Source of the DNA: Adineta vaga
Taxonomy: Eukaryota; Animalia; Rotifera
NCBI GenBank assembly: GCA_021613535.1
Contig: CP075493.1
Span: forward strand, 15,934,001-15,998,000
DNA: 64,000 nt
Direction of reading: 5' to 3'
Under the pieces are notes generated by a model. The model did no database searches and was not told the DNA's origin. It saw only the letters and a program-made list of their open reading frames with translations. The translations under genes were made by a program, and so were the position numbers. Shown one piece after another: positions 13,228-26,160 of this stretch. Each line of letters starts with the position of its first letter. Position 1 is the first letter of the stretch.

Positions 13228-14112
13228 TCAATAATAACTTTTCTCGCTATCATCTGATGTTATTGACATTTGTGACTCGTTTAGATGTTGTTTTTGTGTT
13301 TGTTTCATTATTTCGTATTCGTAAATATTTGGTTTTGAACCGTGTAACTGTTGATGTTCTTCATATTCTTGTTTCTCAATTTGTTTGTGAATTGTTAACA
13401 GATTAGATAAATTAGAATGATGTTTGTTTAGTGTCATATTACTGTTTTCGCAAGTAGTATGATTATTTACATAGGATAACGTTCGATTTAATATTCGATG
13501 TTTTGTTCGAATGGAACCGAGTGTTGATAATTCATTGAATAATTTCTCAATCTCATCAACATCATCATTGATCCACCATTCGTCATGTGATTGTGTTCTG
13601 GATAAATTCGATTGAAGACTGCTGAGTGTGTGAGAGGAAGGAAGTGTAGGTGCAATAACTGTATTCATTGAAACATTTTCACGATCCAATGAGTTAGTTG
13701 CTTCATTTGAGTTATTGTGCAACAATAGAATATCTTGTTCTACTGTTGGTTGTAATGAAAATGTATTACTAGTGTTATCACTGTCTACCATTTCTATTAA
13801 ATGTGAATCATTCATTTGTGTTATCGTAGCAACGACCTTAACGCTTTTACCATCAACATCCACATGTCTCACCCTCGTCATTTTATGATTTGATACAAAG
13901 TCGGGGATATCGTCTAAATCATTACGATGTTTTTTGCTTCGTTTATTTCGACCTGTAGAAGAAAAAGTAAAAGAAAAATAATCACACGTGCCTTTAAATC
14001 AGTTAAATTTTATATGGACGATATTTTTCACATTTGAAAATTTAACTTACACGAAACGCAAGTAAATGCAGATGACATAATACTACGAAACAGAGAAGAT
14101 AGTGACGGCATG
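13228..14112 (-). CDS. Hypothetical low-complexity protein (multi-exon)
   Basis: 217 aa ORF extended upstream by short exons near 13952 and 14050-14115; no recognisable domain. Confidence 0.5.
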
Positions 14113-14669
14113 TCTACAGTAGGCAGGAAAAAAAGAATCGTTATTAACTTTTTGTATAGAAATATGAAATATTTATAGTCTTTTCTTACCTTTGTATTTG
14201 TTTAAAATAATGTTCTTACACGCGCGCAGTTTAATTGATGAAAAAATCTCACACGAATAGAAAGAAACTTATTGTTTCGTTTTCTCCTTTCTGTTCGAGT
14301 GCAAAGCATATGTATATACCATTTGAATCACATGTGAAGAAGTGAGTAATTTTTTACCAATGACTATCTCCCATAATCACACAAGTTATCATAGTCTACT
14401 ATCAAAAAGATAATTTCAGATTTCTAACACATCTTTCGTTCTTTCTTTTTATTGGTGGATCATGTATTTTCTCAATAAATATGCAGAATAGAACTATTTT
14501 TCATACGTAAAAGATTACTACATTATCTTGATAAATCTGATCCGAGTATTCTTTACTATAAACAGTAATAAATAACAACATGACGATAATAAACCTTGAG
14601 TCAGTAGAAAGCAATGAACCAATGAAGAACGAAACAAAAAACAAGAGTTAACATGATGACATGACTAAT

Positions 14670-14726
14670 TTGAGGGTGTGGGTGAGTGTGGATGAGGATA
14701 CAGTAAAAACTAACCATACCCTCAAG
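14670..14726. repeat. Palindromic telomere-like site
   Basis: TTGAGGGTGTGGGTGAGTGTGG...CCATACCCTCAAG. Confidence 0.9.
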
Positions 14727-14932
14727 ATGGAATATTCTTTCTTTTTGAATGGATGGTCAAATGGCGTTAAAGACAGTATTCGAGAAATAAACTGATTTTA
14801 GGTATGACCTTTTTTTTCTGAATTAAAATCATGTTGATAGAAAGTGAAAATTAAGATTCATCAACTTTAATCCATAAATAACAACATATATTCACTGTAC
14901 GATATGTAAAATGATCTTTTGTTATTTGTGTG

Positions 14933-15319
14933 TTACTCATGATATAATCGTCGACATTTTCGTTCGAAGGATATATATAACCTAAAAGAAATACAGGATT
15001 TACCAAACCATTGTGATATAGTAAGAGTCTTTATCTGACGAAACGAATGACTGGTCCCATCAAATTCTTTCAACTGCATACTGTGTGGAATAGTCAATTG
15101 TGTTACATAAGGTGCATTGGCAAGTAATGTAGAGAGATTATTTGCTGAAATCAATCCTTGGCCAAGATTCAGATGTCGTATGAATGTAAAATTAAACAAA
15201 GTTTGAATTTTTTGAGTACGTGCAAGATCCCTAACAGGTTTCCCAATATCACGGATGTAGAGTTCTAATGTTTGAACGTTTGTCAAGTTAAAGGGTTGTT
15301 TTTGAATATGTTCTAACAA
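14933..15319 (-). pseudogene. LRR-like fragment lacking its 5' part
   Basis: LTNVQTLEL, IRHLNLG, VTQLTI, IKTLTI leucine-repeat pattern; adjoins MULE remnant. Confidence 0.45.
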
Positions 15320-15324
15320 TGTAC

Positions 15325-16451
15325 TCGAATTTTCGATTTACTACCAAAACGTCAAAAGACAAAAATTCGAAAGCAAAAAATATCGAAAATACCAAGATGT
15401 CGTTATAAACCAGTATTAACATTTGTTAATATTATTTTCTTTTTAGTTTTCTTTCGTGTTTCTTTTAAAACTGTTTCGTCGGCTTAGCTGACGATTTCTC
15501 TCCAATTATATATGAACGAATATTCTAGAATATTGGGTAGACTAAGAATATAAAGAAACAAAGAAAAATCGAGGTAGTGTTTCATGACTGTATATAAATC
15601 GTTCGTTTAGACATTCAAACACACTTATTATTTTATTCACAAATTGGTCGATCGTGAGATGTCCACCAGTAGAAGTCGCCCGCCTATCATCTATTCTAAC
15701 AAAGGCCATCCTCAGCTGGTTCTCGATCATTTCGTCTTCAAGTTGAATAAACGAACAGAAACGAAAATTTATTGGAAGTGTACAATAATGAATTGTCCAG
15801 TACGAATTCACACGGATACAAATAACAACTTATTGTATACAAGTGAAGAACATGATCATTTACCTGAATCACATGATTTCATTGTGAAAAATTCAGAGCT
15901 GTTTTGAAGGAACGAGTGGTAAATGAAACGATACCCATACAAAAAATCAATGAAGAAGAAATCGTGAAAGCAAATTTTTCACCAGATTTACTTGCATCAA
16001 TTCCACTCATCCACCACATGCGTATGATTACATTTATAAAAGTATCCATCTATAAATTTTCTATCTTTAGAATCAGGTTTAAATCGGACACGTAGGAAAT
16101 TGATACCAAAACTGCCTACATCGAATGTATTCTATTCGATATACCCCCTGGATATCAAACAACGGCGTCTGGCGAAACTTTCTTGATTTGTGACAAAATG
16201 GTTTCTCGAAAAAAAGGATGCTAATATTTAGTAGTCCAAAGCAATTACAGTTGTTATTCGAAGGTTCAATGGTTTTTCTCGATGGAACTTGCCAAGTAAC
16301 GCCGCCATTTTTTGATCAAATATATACGATACACTGCTTGAAGTTCGATTGTGGTATAGTCTAACTTTTTTTATGAAAAAATCAACTACATTTTCTGTCT
16401 TTTAGCTTTTCCGTGTGTATTCGCAGTGTTACCTGATCGAAAAAAATCGAC
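15325..16451 (+). mobile_element. MULE (Mutator-like) transposon fragment, transposase frameshifted and cut at the 16452 site
   Basis: FLYWCH-type N-terminus (SNKGHPQL..IYWKC..CPVRIHT..HDH), MULE catalytic region FLDGT..TPPFFDQIYTIH and FPCVFAVLPDRKKST, then abrupt end; left boundary approximate. Confidence 0.8.
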
Positions 16452-16503
16452 GTGGGTGTGGGTGAAGATACAATAAGAGTCACACCCACACCACCCTCAA
16501 GAT
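16452..16503. repeat. Palindromic telomere-like site (left outer end missing)
   Basis: GTGGGTGTGGGTG-aagatacaataagagt-CACACCCACACCACCCTCAAGAT. Confidence 0.9.
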
Positions 16504-17493
16504 ATTTTGTCGTAACATGTGTAGTCTATATGAATATCGTCAGACGATATTCATTCAATTACATTTGAACTGTCTTTAAGAATGGCATCAATATCATCTA
16601 TTATACGATCGAGTAGATTCTTGAGTGATGATCTTGATGGTGATACTGTTGTAAAACATTGTTGTCAAATAGCAACATCTTCTTTAATACTCAATCGCTT
16701 CATTGTAGTTTGTCAGATACGTCTTGCCGAAATAATCTAAAATCAATTGGAATTGTTCACAAATATATATATGTATAGAATAGTTTCTTACATGTGATTT
16801 GTTGGGTTTGAAATCAAAGAACATTTGAACTAACTGATGATCCATTGCGTCTAAGAGTAATATTTCTCTTTTATATTCAAATTCATGTCGTATTGACTGT
16901 TGCTTTTCTTGAACGAACTGATAAACAGTAGAAGATAATTTTCTCAATACAGAGGAACAACTATAGTTATATGCACAGTTGGATAATAAATCTATTTCAT
17001 ACTGTTGAATTGCATGATGTGCCTGTTGTAAATGTTGTTCAATGAGATTTTTTGATCGACTATATGTATGACAAATAGAATTCTTTTCGGCCGCATGTTT
17101 TGTCATACGACTCTTCCAAATATTTTCTGTCACGCCCAAATGATAATAATATTTCCATTGAAAATCTTGTAGATGTATGTAACAGAATCGGTCAATTAAA
17201 CTCGTATAATGACGAATGAATTCTATTTGATCATTTTCTGTCATAAATCCATTGAGTTCCTCTGTGCTATTAAAACTAGTGGATAGAATTTGAGAAAACG
17301 TTTCATCTGATATATTCATATAATCAATTGATTTATTTATTATTACTGGTAAGTCTGTTTTTCTCATGGGTGTACACTTCTCACTCTTTATGGAATCAGT
17401 CGAATGTACGAGAGGCGGATTATTTTGTTGAATGCCTTGATCTCGAAGTTTCCATCGATACCGTTTCTATAGTTGATGACATCTATATACATC
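16504..17493 (-). pseudogene. Fragment of helical/coiled-coil ORF, possibly Penelope-like (Athena/Terminon-associated)
   Basis: 227 aa ORF plus degraded next exon (IISARRI*QT...LLDRIIDDIDAIL); both ends bounded by sites; family assignment from memory only, no RT motifs seen. Confidence 0.35.
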
Positions 17494-17593
17494 TGGGTGT
17501 GTGTGGGACGAAGATATAGTCACACCCACGCTCTCTTGAGGGTGGGTGGGTGTTAGTATTACATCTATCTAATACACCCACCTACACCCTGAA
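17494..17593. repeat. Two adjacent palindromic sites (17494-17535 and 17535-17593)
   Basis: TGGGTGTGTGTGGG-acgaagatatagt-CACACCCACGCTCT then CTTGAGGGTGGGTGGGTG-ttagtattacatctatctaata-CACCCACCTACACCCTGAA. Confidence 0.9.
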
Positions 17594-17741
17594 ATACCCC
17601 TCACTGACAATGTGACACATCTTTTCATGAGACTGCGCGCAACGAAAGCTTTTAAAGCGCACTCATAGAAGACATAATTTAGGCTGATTGGTGAGAATTC
17701 AGTCGAGAGTCATGCGAGTCAGCCTCGACGAGCGTTATTTA

Positions 17742-20700
17742 TTATTTTACGATCTTTTTAAGTCGTTGTGCCCAAGTAGTAATTGATTCTTTGAATTGTC
17801 TTCTATAGAAAGTCGATGGTAAAACAAATATTATAAAGATAAAAGATGATGGAATAAATGAAATAAAATAACCACAAAGATATAACCAAGGATTTCGAGA
17901 TGATTTAACACATTTTGATAATAATGAAACAAGAAAACGAGGAAATAATAGAATAACTAATAAAATAGGACTAATAACAATTTGTTTATGTTCATTAATT
18001 TGTTTAAGTAATTGTTGTTTATAACTAAATTGAGTTCGAATAATCATTTTTACACGAGTAATATATATTATAATAAAACAAGCTGAAATTAAATTTACTA
18101 ATAATGGAACAAGAAAATGAAAATATTGAATAATTGTTGTATATCGTTCTACGGATTGAGAATAACGAATTAAACACCAAACACGTCGTTCTTCATGATC
18201 ATCAAATAGATCACGATGAATAATTTCATAAATCATTGAAATAAAAACAAGAAATGGTAATAGATAAAGTATCTTTTGTGCAATATTACGATTTTTTTTC
18301 TTACTAAAATGAATACCTTGATAAACTGCTATTACTCTTTCTATAGAAACACAAGTATTAAGCCAATTACTCATATGTAGAAAAAGACGAAGCATTGGTT
18401 CAATTAATAAACATCCAATTCGAAGAATTTGACGATTAATCAATGGATTCATATATGTATATGTTACAAACCAAAATTTAATAATTAACATTAAAACAAC
18501 AAATATAGAAATAATTGATGAAAATCGAAGATAAATTCCTGAAGCAACTTTACGAGATTTACGATTATGAAAAACTAAATAACTAAAAATACTATTACAT
18601 AAACCAATTAGAAATAAAATCATAACAAAAATTGCACTTATTTTAATGACTAATGATTGATCATTGAATGTAATATAAGGTCGAATTTCATAACGTAATA
18701 AATCATCTAATGTTAATCCAATACCTTTAGCATAAAATTGACATCGATCACCAAAGAAACAATCATTACATGAACATAAAATACTATAAAAACATGTTGG
18801 TCGATCTTGTAAACATATTCCATTATTTTCACAATAAACATTATCTTCACAGGATAAATTCAATTGATGATTTAATAGAAAACAATTACTTTGATGTTCT
18901 TTTGTACATAAACACATGTAAAATTCATCAATAAAACATTGTAAATTAAAATTATGTTGACACGGAAGATGATAACTTTTTATTCGTTGAATTCGTGGCA
19001 TTGAAAGTATTTTCGTACTGAAAAGTTCATTAATTAAAGGACATCGTTGTATTGAACTAACCAATGTTGTTATATTAGATGATTCAAATTTTTGAAGTGC
19101 AGCTAAATAATAATTCGCATCAATTTCTACAAAAATCATTTGAAATGTAAATATAGTGTACAAGATGATATCATTTTGAAACATATGCATTTTCTTCAGA
19201 ATAGTTAATGTTGGTTTTGATTGATCAAAACTAATTGTATTGTAGATATAAACAATTAAATATGATGGAATATCAATATTCTTAAATGAAATCTCTATTC
19301 TATTATAGATATTTTCACATTTAGATCCAAAAAATTGTTCAGAACATAAACATAGAAAACTTTCATTCGTCATTCCTTCATTAATTATAATACATTGACC
19401 ATTATTTTGACAAAATTCTTTTGGACATGTTAATTTCAGTCGACAAAAAGAACCAAATGTATTTTTAGGACAAATACAGATTGATTGATTTTGAATTGAA
19501 CCAATACAAATTGAATTTGATGCACACATACTACAATCAATTGGAATATGACATTGTGCACCAGACCAACCTGAATAACATTGACAAAAGAATTTCTTTT
19601 CATTATGATATTTTATACAAATACCATTTAAACATCGAAGAGTACATTTAATATTAGAATTATTAATTATTCGAGATATTGGAAGAGTTAAATATGCAGT
19701 TATTCGATTAACTGGTAGAAAAAGAAATGGAATTTTTAAATACCAACTTAGAAAATATGTTAATGAATTCTTTTCATATAAATCAATGTGTATATGATAA
19801 TTTTTTGAAATATTTTTTCCTTGATTTCCATATAATAGATAAATATCTAGAGGTTTACCACAGAACCTTCCGGATTCATAATTAAATTGATGATATGATT
19901 GAATTTCTTGTCGATCATTATCATCTTCTATTAAAGTAACAACAATCGTATAAATAATTGGCTGATGAAAAGTTGCTAATACGAGTGTCAAACTAACACG
20001 TTGATTTTGATATTGACATCGATCACCATAATAATTTGGTGAACAAAAACATAAATCATCAACTCCATGTCGATAGTGTACATATAAACCATAATTACAT
20101 TTATTAAATTGTGTTAAATTCTCGATGAATAATTCATTTATTTCATGCTCAAATTGATTTTTAACAGAAATAATTCGATTATTTTGTAAAGATGGATAAA
20201 CTAATGCAGTATCTAATGAAAAATCTATATAATCTCTATTAATAATTTGACATAAAATGTTTTGTATATCAAAAAACTCATTTAAATCATAATCATTATA
20301 TAATTGTGAATAATCAATACATATTTGATAATTATTATAAAGTAAACATTCTTCAGATTTTTTACAATTATTATCGTTTTCTTGACATTTTGTATAATTC
20401 CAATAACGAAATTGATATATTTCCCAACTAATATTGTTCATCGAAAGGATTTCATCTTCATCGAATAATATTCGAAGACAATCAACAGTTTTATTACTGA
20501 TTTGTTCAGCTGGTAAACACATAAATGTGTAATTTTGTGGTGAAATACAGAAAAGAAAATGATTTAATCTAATTGTTGTTGTACAATTCTTTTCATCTTC
20601 TCTATTAAAACAATGTTGAAATCCATCACATCGTGTATAAATATTATTACATTGCCAATATTCACAATCAGTTTCATCTGAATGATATTTTCCATTAATT

Positions 20701-22232
20701 AATATCAAAGGTAAATCTCTAATACGATCACATATTTGATAAAATAAAATTTCATTAGAATTGATCGGTATAAATGAATTCGAACAGATTTCTCTCGATA
20801 ATATTGGTGAATAACATTGTTTTTCATTTAAACATTGAAATCGAAATGTTTGATTTAATAAACAACTTAATTCAAATTCTTGTTCATCATCTTTTAAAAA
20901 ACAATCAGATATACCATCAAGAATTCGATATTTGGAAATATATTTCGATGAATTTTTACATTGATATAATGATGAATAGTATGTCGAACTGATATTTTCA
21001 TAATGTTTAGTAATACAACCAATAAAATATGGTTTAATCGTGTCAATTATAGATTTCCAAGTAAATAATTCATCATACAACCCAAGATCTGTTTGATTTG
21101 CATATTGACAAGTTAGATTTTTATAACGAAATGTAGGTTGAAGAAAATCACATAATCGTTCATCATAACAAATATAATCAGGTTTAAGTGCTAATGTTCG
21201 ATTGATAATTTTTGGATGATATAAAAATCGTACATGACCAAAAAGTACAGGTACAACAGGAAATTCCAGAGGAAAATCACAATTTTGAAATTGTTCAATA
21301 ATCTTAGAAGATTCTATAAGATAATCACATGATATATTATCGATTTCATTCATAATTTTACTAAGACAAACTAAACCTATCCAACATGAATAAGATAAAT
21401 TTTTTTGAACACTAATCGATTGTATCAATGTTAAATGTCGATTATTATCACATTCATGAAAATCTTCTACACATTGTCCATTACCACATGAAAATTGTCC
21501 TAGATCAGGTCGACATAATAATTCTTGATAATCCGATAATATTGGAATTTCTTTACTCATCATATCTGACATATCAAGACATTGTGATGAAATAGATTCT
21601 ATATGAAAAATATATTTTGAAATACATAAACCATTATGACATCGATATTCATTTTCATTACATTGATTTATTTCTAAATTAAAACATTGAATTTCATCAA
21701 TACCATTATTTAAACAATCAATTCGACCATTACATATTTCACGCCAATCAAGACAAATTGATGAATTACCACGATCACATTCTAATAGAATATAACATGT
21801 TTGTGGAAAGATATTTTCATTTAATTCTAATGAATATTGACAAGAAGATCCAAACCATGGAGATGTACAATTATAAAATATTTTATTTAATAAATTAGAT
21901 TCTATTGGTTGATCAAGATAATATTGATATTGTTCAGCTAAATCAATTGATGATGACCATTGAAGAATTTCTTGTGAACTTATATTTAAATGATTTAATT
22001 CATTAAAAGTAAAATTTTCATCAAATATATTAAGAATTTCAATCATTGGTAAAAAATTATTATTATTATTATCATATGGACGAATACAATGTTTAATTAT
22101 CATAGAAAGAGAATCCAATGATGAAGAATAATATAAACAATCAAATCCAAATTGATCTTTATCGTATAAAATCGATTGTAAATCATTAAATATCCATAGA
22201 AAAGAAATAATATGTAAAAATTTCCACATCAT
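17742..22232 (-). CDS. LDLa-repeat and EGF-repeat 7TM receptor, intronless 1496 aa
   Basis: Signal peptide, LDLa motifs (CLDWREICNGRIDC..DE, RCDGFQHC..EDE), EGF repeats (CFCSPNYYGDRC, CQCYSGWSGAQC), C-terminal 7TM with SIERV. Confidence 0.9.
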   Translation of the reverse strand: MMWKFLHIISFLWIFNDLQSILYDKDQFGFDCLYYSSSLDSLSMIIKHCIRPYDNNNNNFLPMIEILNIFDENFTFNELNHLNISSQEILQWSSSIDLAEQYQYYLDQPIESNLLNKIFYNCTSPWFGSSCQYSLELNENIFPQTCYILLECDRGNSSICLDWREICNGRIDCLNNGIDEIQCFNLEINQCNENEYRCHNGLCISKYIFHIESISSQCLDMSDMMSKEIPILSDYQELLCRPDLGQFSCGNGQCVEDFHECDNNRHLTLIQSISVQKNLSYSCWIGLVCLSKIMNEIDNISCDYLIESSKIIEQFQNCDFPLEFPVVPVLFGHVRFLYHPKIINRTLALKPDYICYDERLCDFLQPTFRYKNLTCQYANQTDLGLYDELFTWKSIIDTIKPYFIGCITKHYENISSTYYSSLYQCKNSSKYISKYRILDGISDCFLKDDEQEFELSCLLNQTFRFQCLNEKQCYSPILSREICSNSFIPINSNEILFYQICDRIRDLPLILINGKYHSDETDCEYWQCNNIYTRCDGFQHCFNREDEKNCTTTIRLNHFLFCISPQNYTFMCLPAEQISNKTVDCLRILFDEDEILSMNNISWEIYQFRYWNYTKCQENDNNCKKSEECLLYNNYQICIDYSQLYNDYDLNEFFDIQNILCQIINRDYIDFSLDTALVYPSLQNNRIISVKNQFEHEINELFIENLTQFNKCNYGLYVHYRHGVDDLCFCSPNYYGDRCQYQNQRVSLTLVLATFHQPIIYTIVVTLIEDDNDRQEIQSYHQFNYESGRFCGKPLDIYLLYGNQGKNISKNYHIHIDLYEKNSLTYFLSWYLKIPFLFLPVNRITAYLTLPISRIINNSNIKCTLRCLNGICIKYHNEKKFFCQCYSGWSGAQCHIPIDCSMCASNSICIGSIQNQSICICPKNTFGSFCRLKLTCPKEFCQNNGQCIIINEGMTNESFLCLCSEQFFGSKCENIYNRIEISFKNIDIPSYLIVYIYNTISFDQSKPTLTILKKMHMFQNDIILYTIFTFQMIFVEIDANYYLAALQKFESSNITTLVSSIQRCPLINELFSTKILSMPRIQRIKSYHLPCQHNFNLQCFIDEFYMCLCTKEHQSNCFLLNHQLNLSCEDNVYCENNGICLQDRPTCFYSILCSCNDCFFGDRCQFYAKGIGLTLDDLLRYEIRPYITFNDQSLVIKISAIFVMILFLIGLCNSIFSYLVFHNRKSRKVASGIYLRFSSIISIFVVLMLIIKFWFVTYTYMNPLINRQILRIGCLLIEPMLRLFLHMSNWLNTCVSIERVIAVYQGIHFSKKKNRNIAQKILYLLPFLVFISMIYEIIHRDLFDDHEERRVWCLIRYSQSVERYTTIIQYFHFLVPLLVNLISACFIIIYITRVKMIIRTQFSYKQQLLKQINEHKQIVISPILLVILLFPRFLVSLLSKCVKSSRNPWLYLCGYFISFIPSSFIFIIFVLPSTFYRRQFKESITTWAQRLKKIVK

Positions 22233-23229
22233 TCAATTTCTCAGTTTAAAACACATAATGACAACATCATTTATTTATTATAATACGTGAAATTCTTCTA
22301 TGAAATATGAGATGTGAAAATACAACAAAGTGACATGATATTTCTCTTTTGTTTAGTTTCTATAAATGACACGTTATATCATTAATCAATATTGTATATA
22401 TATTCTTTTATTTGATGGAAAATAAAGCTTGAACAATGTATATTACTAACATAACCATATTTTTGTTTTACTCAAAACTTTCTCGGTTTTAAAACAATCA
22501 CATGACAAGCGAATACATTTTTTGTTTTCAATTAAATTATATCGAAAATCCTTTATATAAATGTATTAATCTTTTGGAGATCAAGTAGAATGCATTTCTC
22601 GATTTTATTATTATGAGGAAATATTGAATAAAGAATTTCTAACAATATCCTTTGTATATCCAATGTAGACAATATGTGAATATCTATCATCGATGAATCT
22701 ATATTAAATCGCGATTTAATCCACTTGAATTCGTTAGTATATACAGTGAACGCGACTATTAATGTCAATTTTCAATGATTTGCTATTATCAACATAATAT
22801 CTACACTTATGCTCTCATTTATAAGCATATTGTGAAAAAGAAATTAATATAATTACTTTGAGAATGTGGATAATTACAGACGATATATTTACATTCACGT
22901 TGTCAACAAATAATAGATCTATGAGTTTTTTTTTCTTTTTTGTTTATATAATTGAAATTGAAATATTGTCATATTCACTGGAATTATCAAACTAATTTTA
23001 TAATGAAAATTTTAGATATTCTATCTTATTTTGTTGTAATTATATCAATAGACGTTTTATAGATAAAAGCAAAGAGTAATGGTAAACATACAGGTAGATT
23101 ATTTTTCATCAAAAAACTAATTAAAACATCGTAGGTATCGATAAATTTTAATGAGAATATTTGATTTGGTTATCATAACGCAAACAAGACTGATAACAAA
23201 TATCTGCTTTTTGATCAGAATTTATAAAA

Positions 23230-25791
23230 ATGGATGACAATCTAGAAGCATTTTCTCTCATATGGTTGCATACTTCAAGTAATAGATTCGAAGAAAATCA
23301 TCACGCTTATCAACAACTTCGATCAATGATCAATCACATCCGAACATTTGAGGATGAGAAGAGCTGTGAAGAATACATAAAACATTCGTCAGACGATCGT
23401 ATTGTAGTTATTATTAGTGGACAACTGAATCTAGAAATCATCAATCGAATCCAACATTTGAAGAACGTAAGGGCAATTTATGTTCATTATATTGATCAAA
23501 ACAGACACGACGTTGACATAAATAAATCTAATAAAGTAAGTACTTGAATTTCGACAAAATATTATCTAATTATTTTAAAATGAAGAAATTACACGAATGA
23601 GATTCGGATAGTTTCAGCAGAAGAAACTTGAATGATATCTGATTTGATGTGATCATAGGATAAAACTTTATTCGACCGCAAAAAAAATATTATCAATGTC
23701 GAAATGTTATGTATTGATAGAAGATTCGTTAGCAAAGGAAAGTATAATGATGATATTCATTTTTATTTTCAAAGATCTACGTCATTCAATTAACAATTAC
23801 ATTTAATTATTTCATAATTGTTTATAAATATTTCTGATTTTCATTTAATGAGTATTTATCAACGAAATGTTATTACTGATATAGAACACTTATGAATGAA
23901 ACTGTAATCAGTAGTAATTAAGACGTCAGTCGATTCTCTTTTTTTTTTTGTTATCCTTTGCAAATTCAATTCATAGTCTTTAGGAAACATGTATTTATAC
24001 TTTAAATTTCAGAAAGAAATCTATATCGATTCTTTGCTTGTCATGGAAAAACAATAGAACACTAGGAAGTGAACAAATCTAATGTTGTTGTTGTTGTTGT
24101 TTTTTTTTATATAGGTCAAAGTTGTACTCAGCGATCTCAATGAGTTGATCGTTCAGATTAAAGCTGATCAGAATAAACGAAATAAAATAGAGGAACCTCT
24201 TTCCATCAGCGTGTTAAACAATATAAATGAACAGGAAGAAAAATCATCGTTGGATATAAATGGAACATATCTTCACTATCAACTACTCATTGATGTTCTT
24301 ATGCGAATGCCATCATCCTCAAACGATAACAATGAACTAATCGATGTTTGTAAAAAGGACTATCAGAACAACTCACTTCAACGTAATATTCTTGATGAAT
24401 TCGAAAATACATACTGTTCGGATAAAGCCATCTGGTGGTACACAAGAGAATCGTTTCTCTATCGTATTCTCAACAAAGCGCTTCGTGTTCAGAATATTGA
24501 TCTTCTTTTTCTTTTTCGCTTCTTCATTCGTGATATTTATCAGCAAATCGAAAAATTAAAATCAACTCAATCTAAACAATCGATACGTGTTTACCGTGGT
24601 CAGTTACTGGCGAATGATGAACTTGCTGTTCTTGCCGATTCAGTGGGCAGAATAATTTCAATGAATTCATTTTTATCGGCTAGTCACGATCAAAACTATG
24701 TTTTATTTATTTTGGGTGATTCAGATCCAGTTAACGACTATTTGAAGCGTGTTATTTTCCAAATCGATGCTGATCCAAGTATTGAAAATATCAAACCGTT
24801 TGCTGATGTCAGTCAAGAGAGCTATTTTAGAGAGGAACAAGAAGTACTATTCATGGCTGGAAGTATCTTTCGTCTTACTGAGATTAAAGAAGTCAACAGA
24901 ATATGGACCATTAGATTAGTTCTCTGTAGAGAAGAAGAAAATGATTTACGAGCACTTTATGCACACATGACAAAAAAGAAAACATCAACTATTACTTTGC
25001 TGACATTGGGTAGTGCTCTGTCTGAGTCAGGCAAATTTAACCAAGCTGAACGATTTTTTCAGAAAATGCTCCAAGAATTACCTTCGAACGATTATTCTAG
25101 TTTAGCAGAAAGTTATCAAGGATTAGCGATTATCTTTGCCGAGAGAGGAGACTATGAAATGAGTCTTGTATGGAATCAGAAGGCGCTCGAACTACTGAGA
25201 CAAAAACTTTCTCCTGATCATTCAGACATTGGTTTTATTCATAATAACATTGGTATCGCTTATTGGAAAACGAATCAACTCGAGAGCGCGCTAGAATCTC
25301 TGACCAAAGCTGTTACTATTTTCGAGAAGACCGATGATGAGGATCGCCATCATCGGATTGCTGCATGTTATACCAATATGGCTCTCATTCGAAGACACCA
25401 GAAAAGATACGAAGAAGCATTAGAATACCTGTATAAATCTCTTGCACTTAATGAACAAGTGCTTCCCTCTGATCACCATAGTTTGGCTGAGACACATACT
25501 AATATTGGTTCTGTCTATAAATATCTGGGTCTATTCGATATTGCTCTCGAACATTTCAACCGTTCACTTTCTATTTCGCTTCGATCTCTTCCTCACGAAC
25601 ATCGTAACATTGCTATTATCTATTGTAACATAGGTATCATTTATGAAGCAATCGATGATTTCAACTTAGCTTTGCTATATTATGAAAAAGCATCTGTTAT
25701 TTTTCACAAGACTCTCCCAGCTCATCATTCGCAAGTCATCAGTTGTGACCGAAGTCTTCAGCGAGTCAAGTCACAACTCAGCAAAAACTAA
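23230..25791 (+). CDS. ADP-ribosyltransferase (R-S-E type) plus TPR-repeat protein, two exons
   Basis: AIWWYTRESFLYRILNKALR, VYRGQ, NSFLSAS, EEQEVLF, then about six TPRs; intron ~23536-24114. Confidence 0.88.
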
Positions 25792-25909
25792 TATGCAAAC
25801 GAATGATGTTATTGTTCATATTTATCGGAAGTATTCTTTTACATATATTTTAGTACTTATATACAAACAATTTCTATTCGTGTAAAAAATATTATTCTTG
25901 AACGAAACA

Positions 25910-26010
25910 TTTCGAGGGAGATCTTTACTAGTACTATATCAGCGCCTACCACGCTCTCATCAATAGTGGTGAGAGTGAAGGTAAGAATAAGATGTGAACC
26001 CACACCCTTT
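25910..26010. repeat. Two degenerate palindromic sites
   Basis: TCGAGGGAG...CCACGCTCTCA and GGTGAGAGTG...CCCACACCCTT. Confidence 0.5.
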
Positions 26011-26112
26011 TATAAGTACACTAACAAATATTCGTCGAATTCGATAAATACTTGAATCACTTCGTTCTTTATTTAGTTCGTGTAATACTTATCCTAAAAT
26101 ATTCTAATGAAA

Positions 26113-26160
26113 TTGAGGATAGAAAGAGACACTGACTTATATCTTCACCCACACTCGAGA
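26113..26160. repeat. Palindromic telomere-like site (degenerate left arm)
   Basis: TTGAGGAT...tatatcttCACCCACACTCGAG. Confidence 0.7.

Noticed and set aside
22801-22906. Possible very eroded sites between the LDLa-GPCR and ART-TPR genes
   Set aside because: TTGAGAATGTGG...ACATTCACGTTGTCAA is suggestive but too diverged to count.
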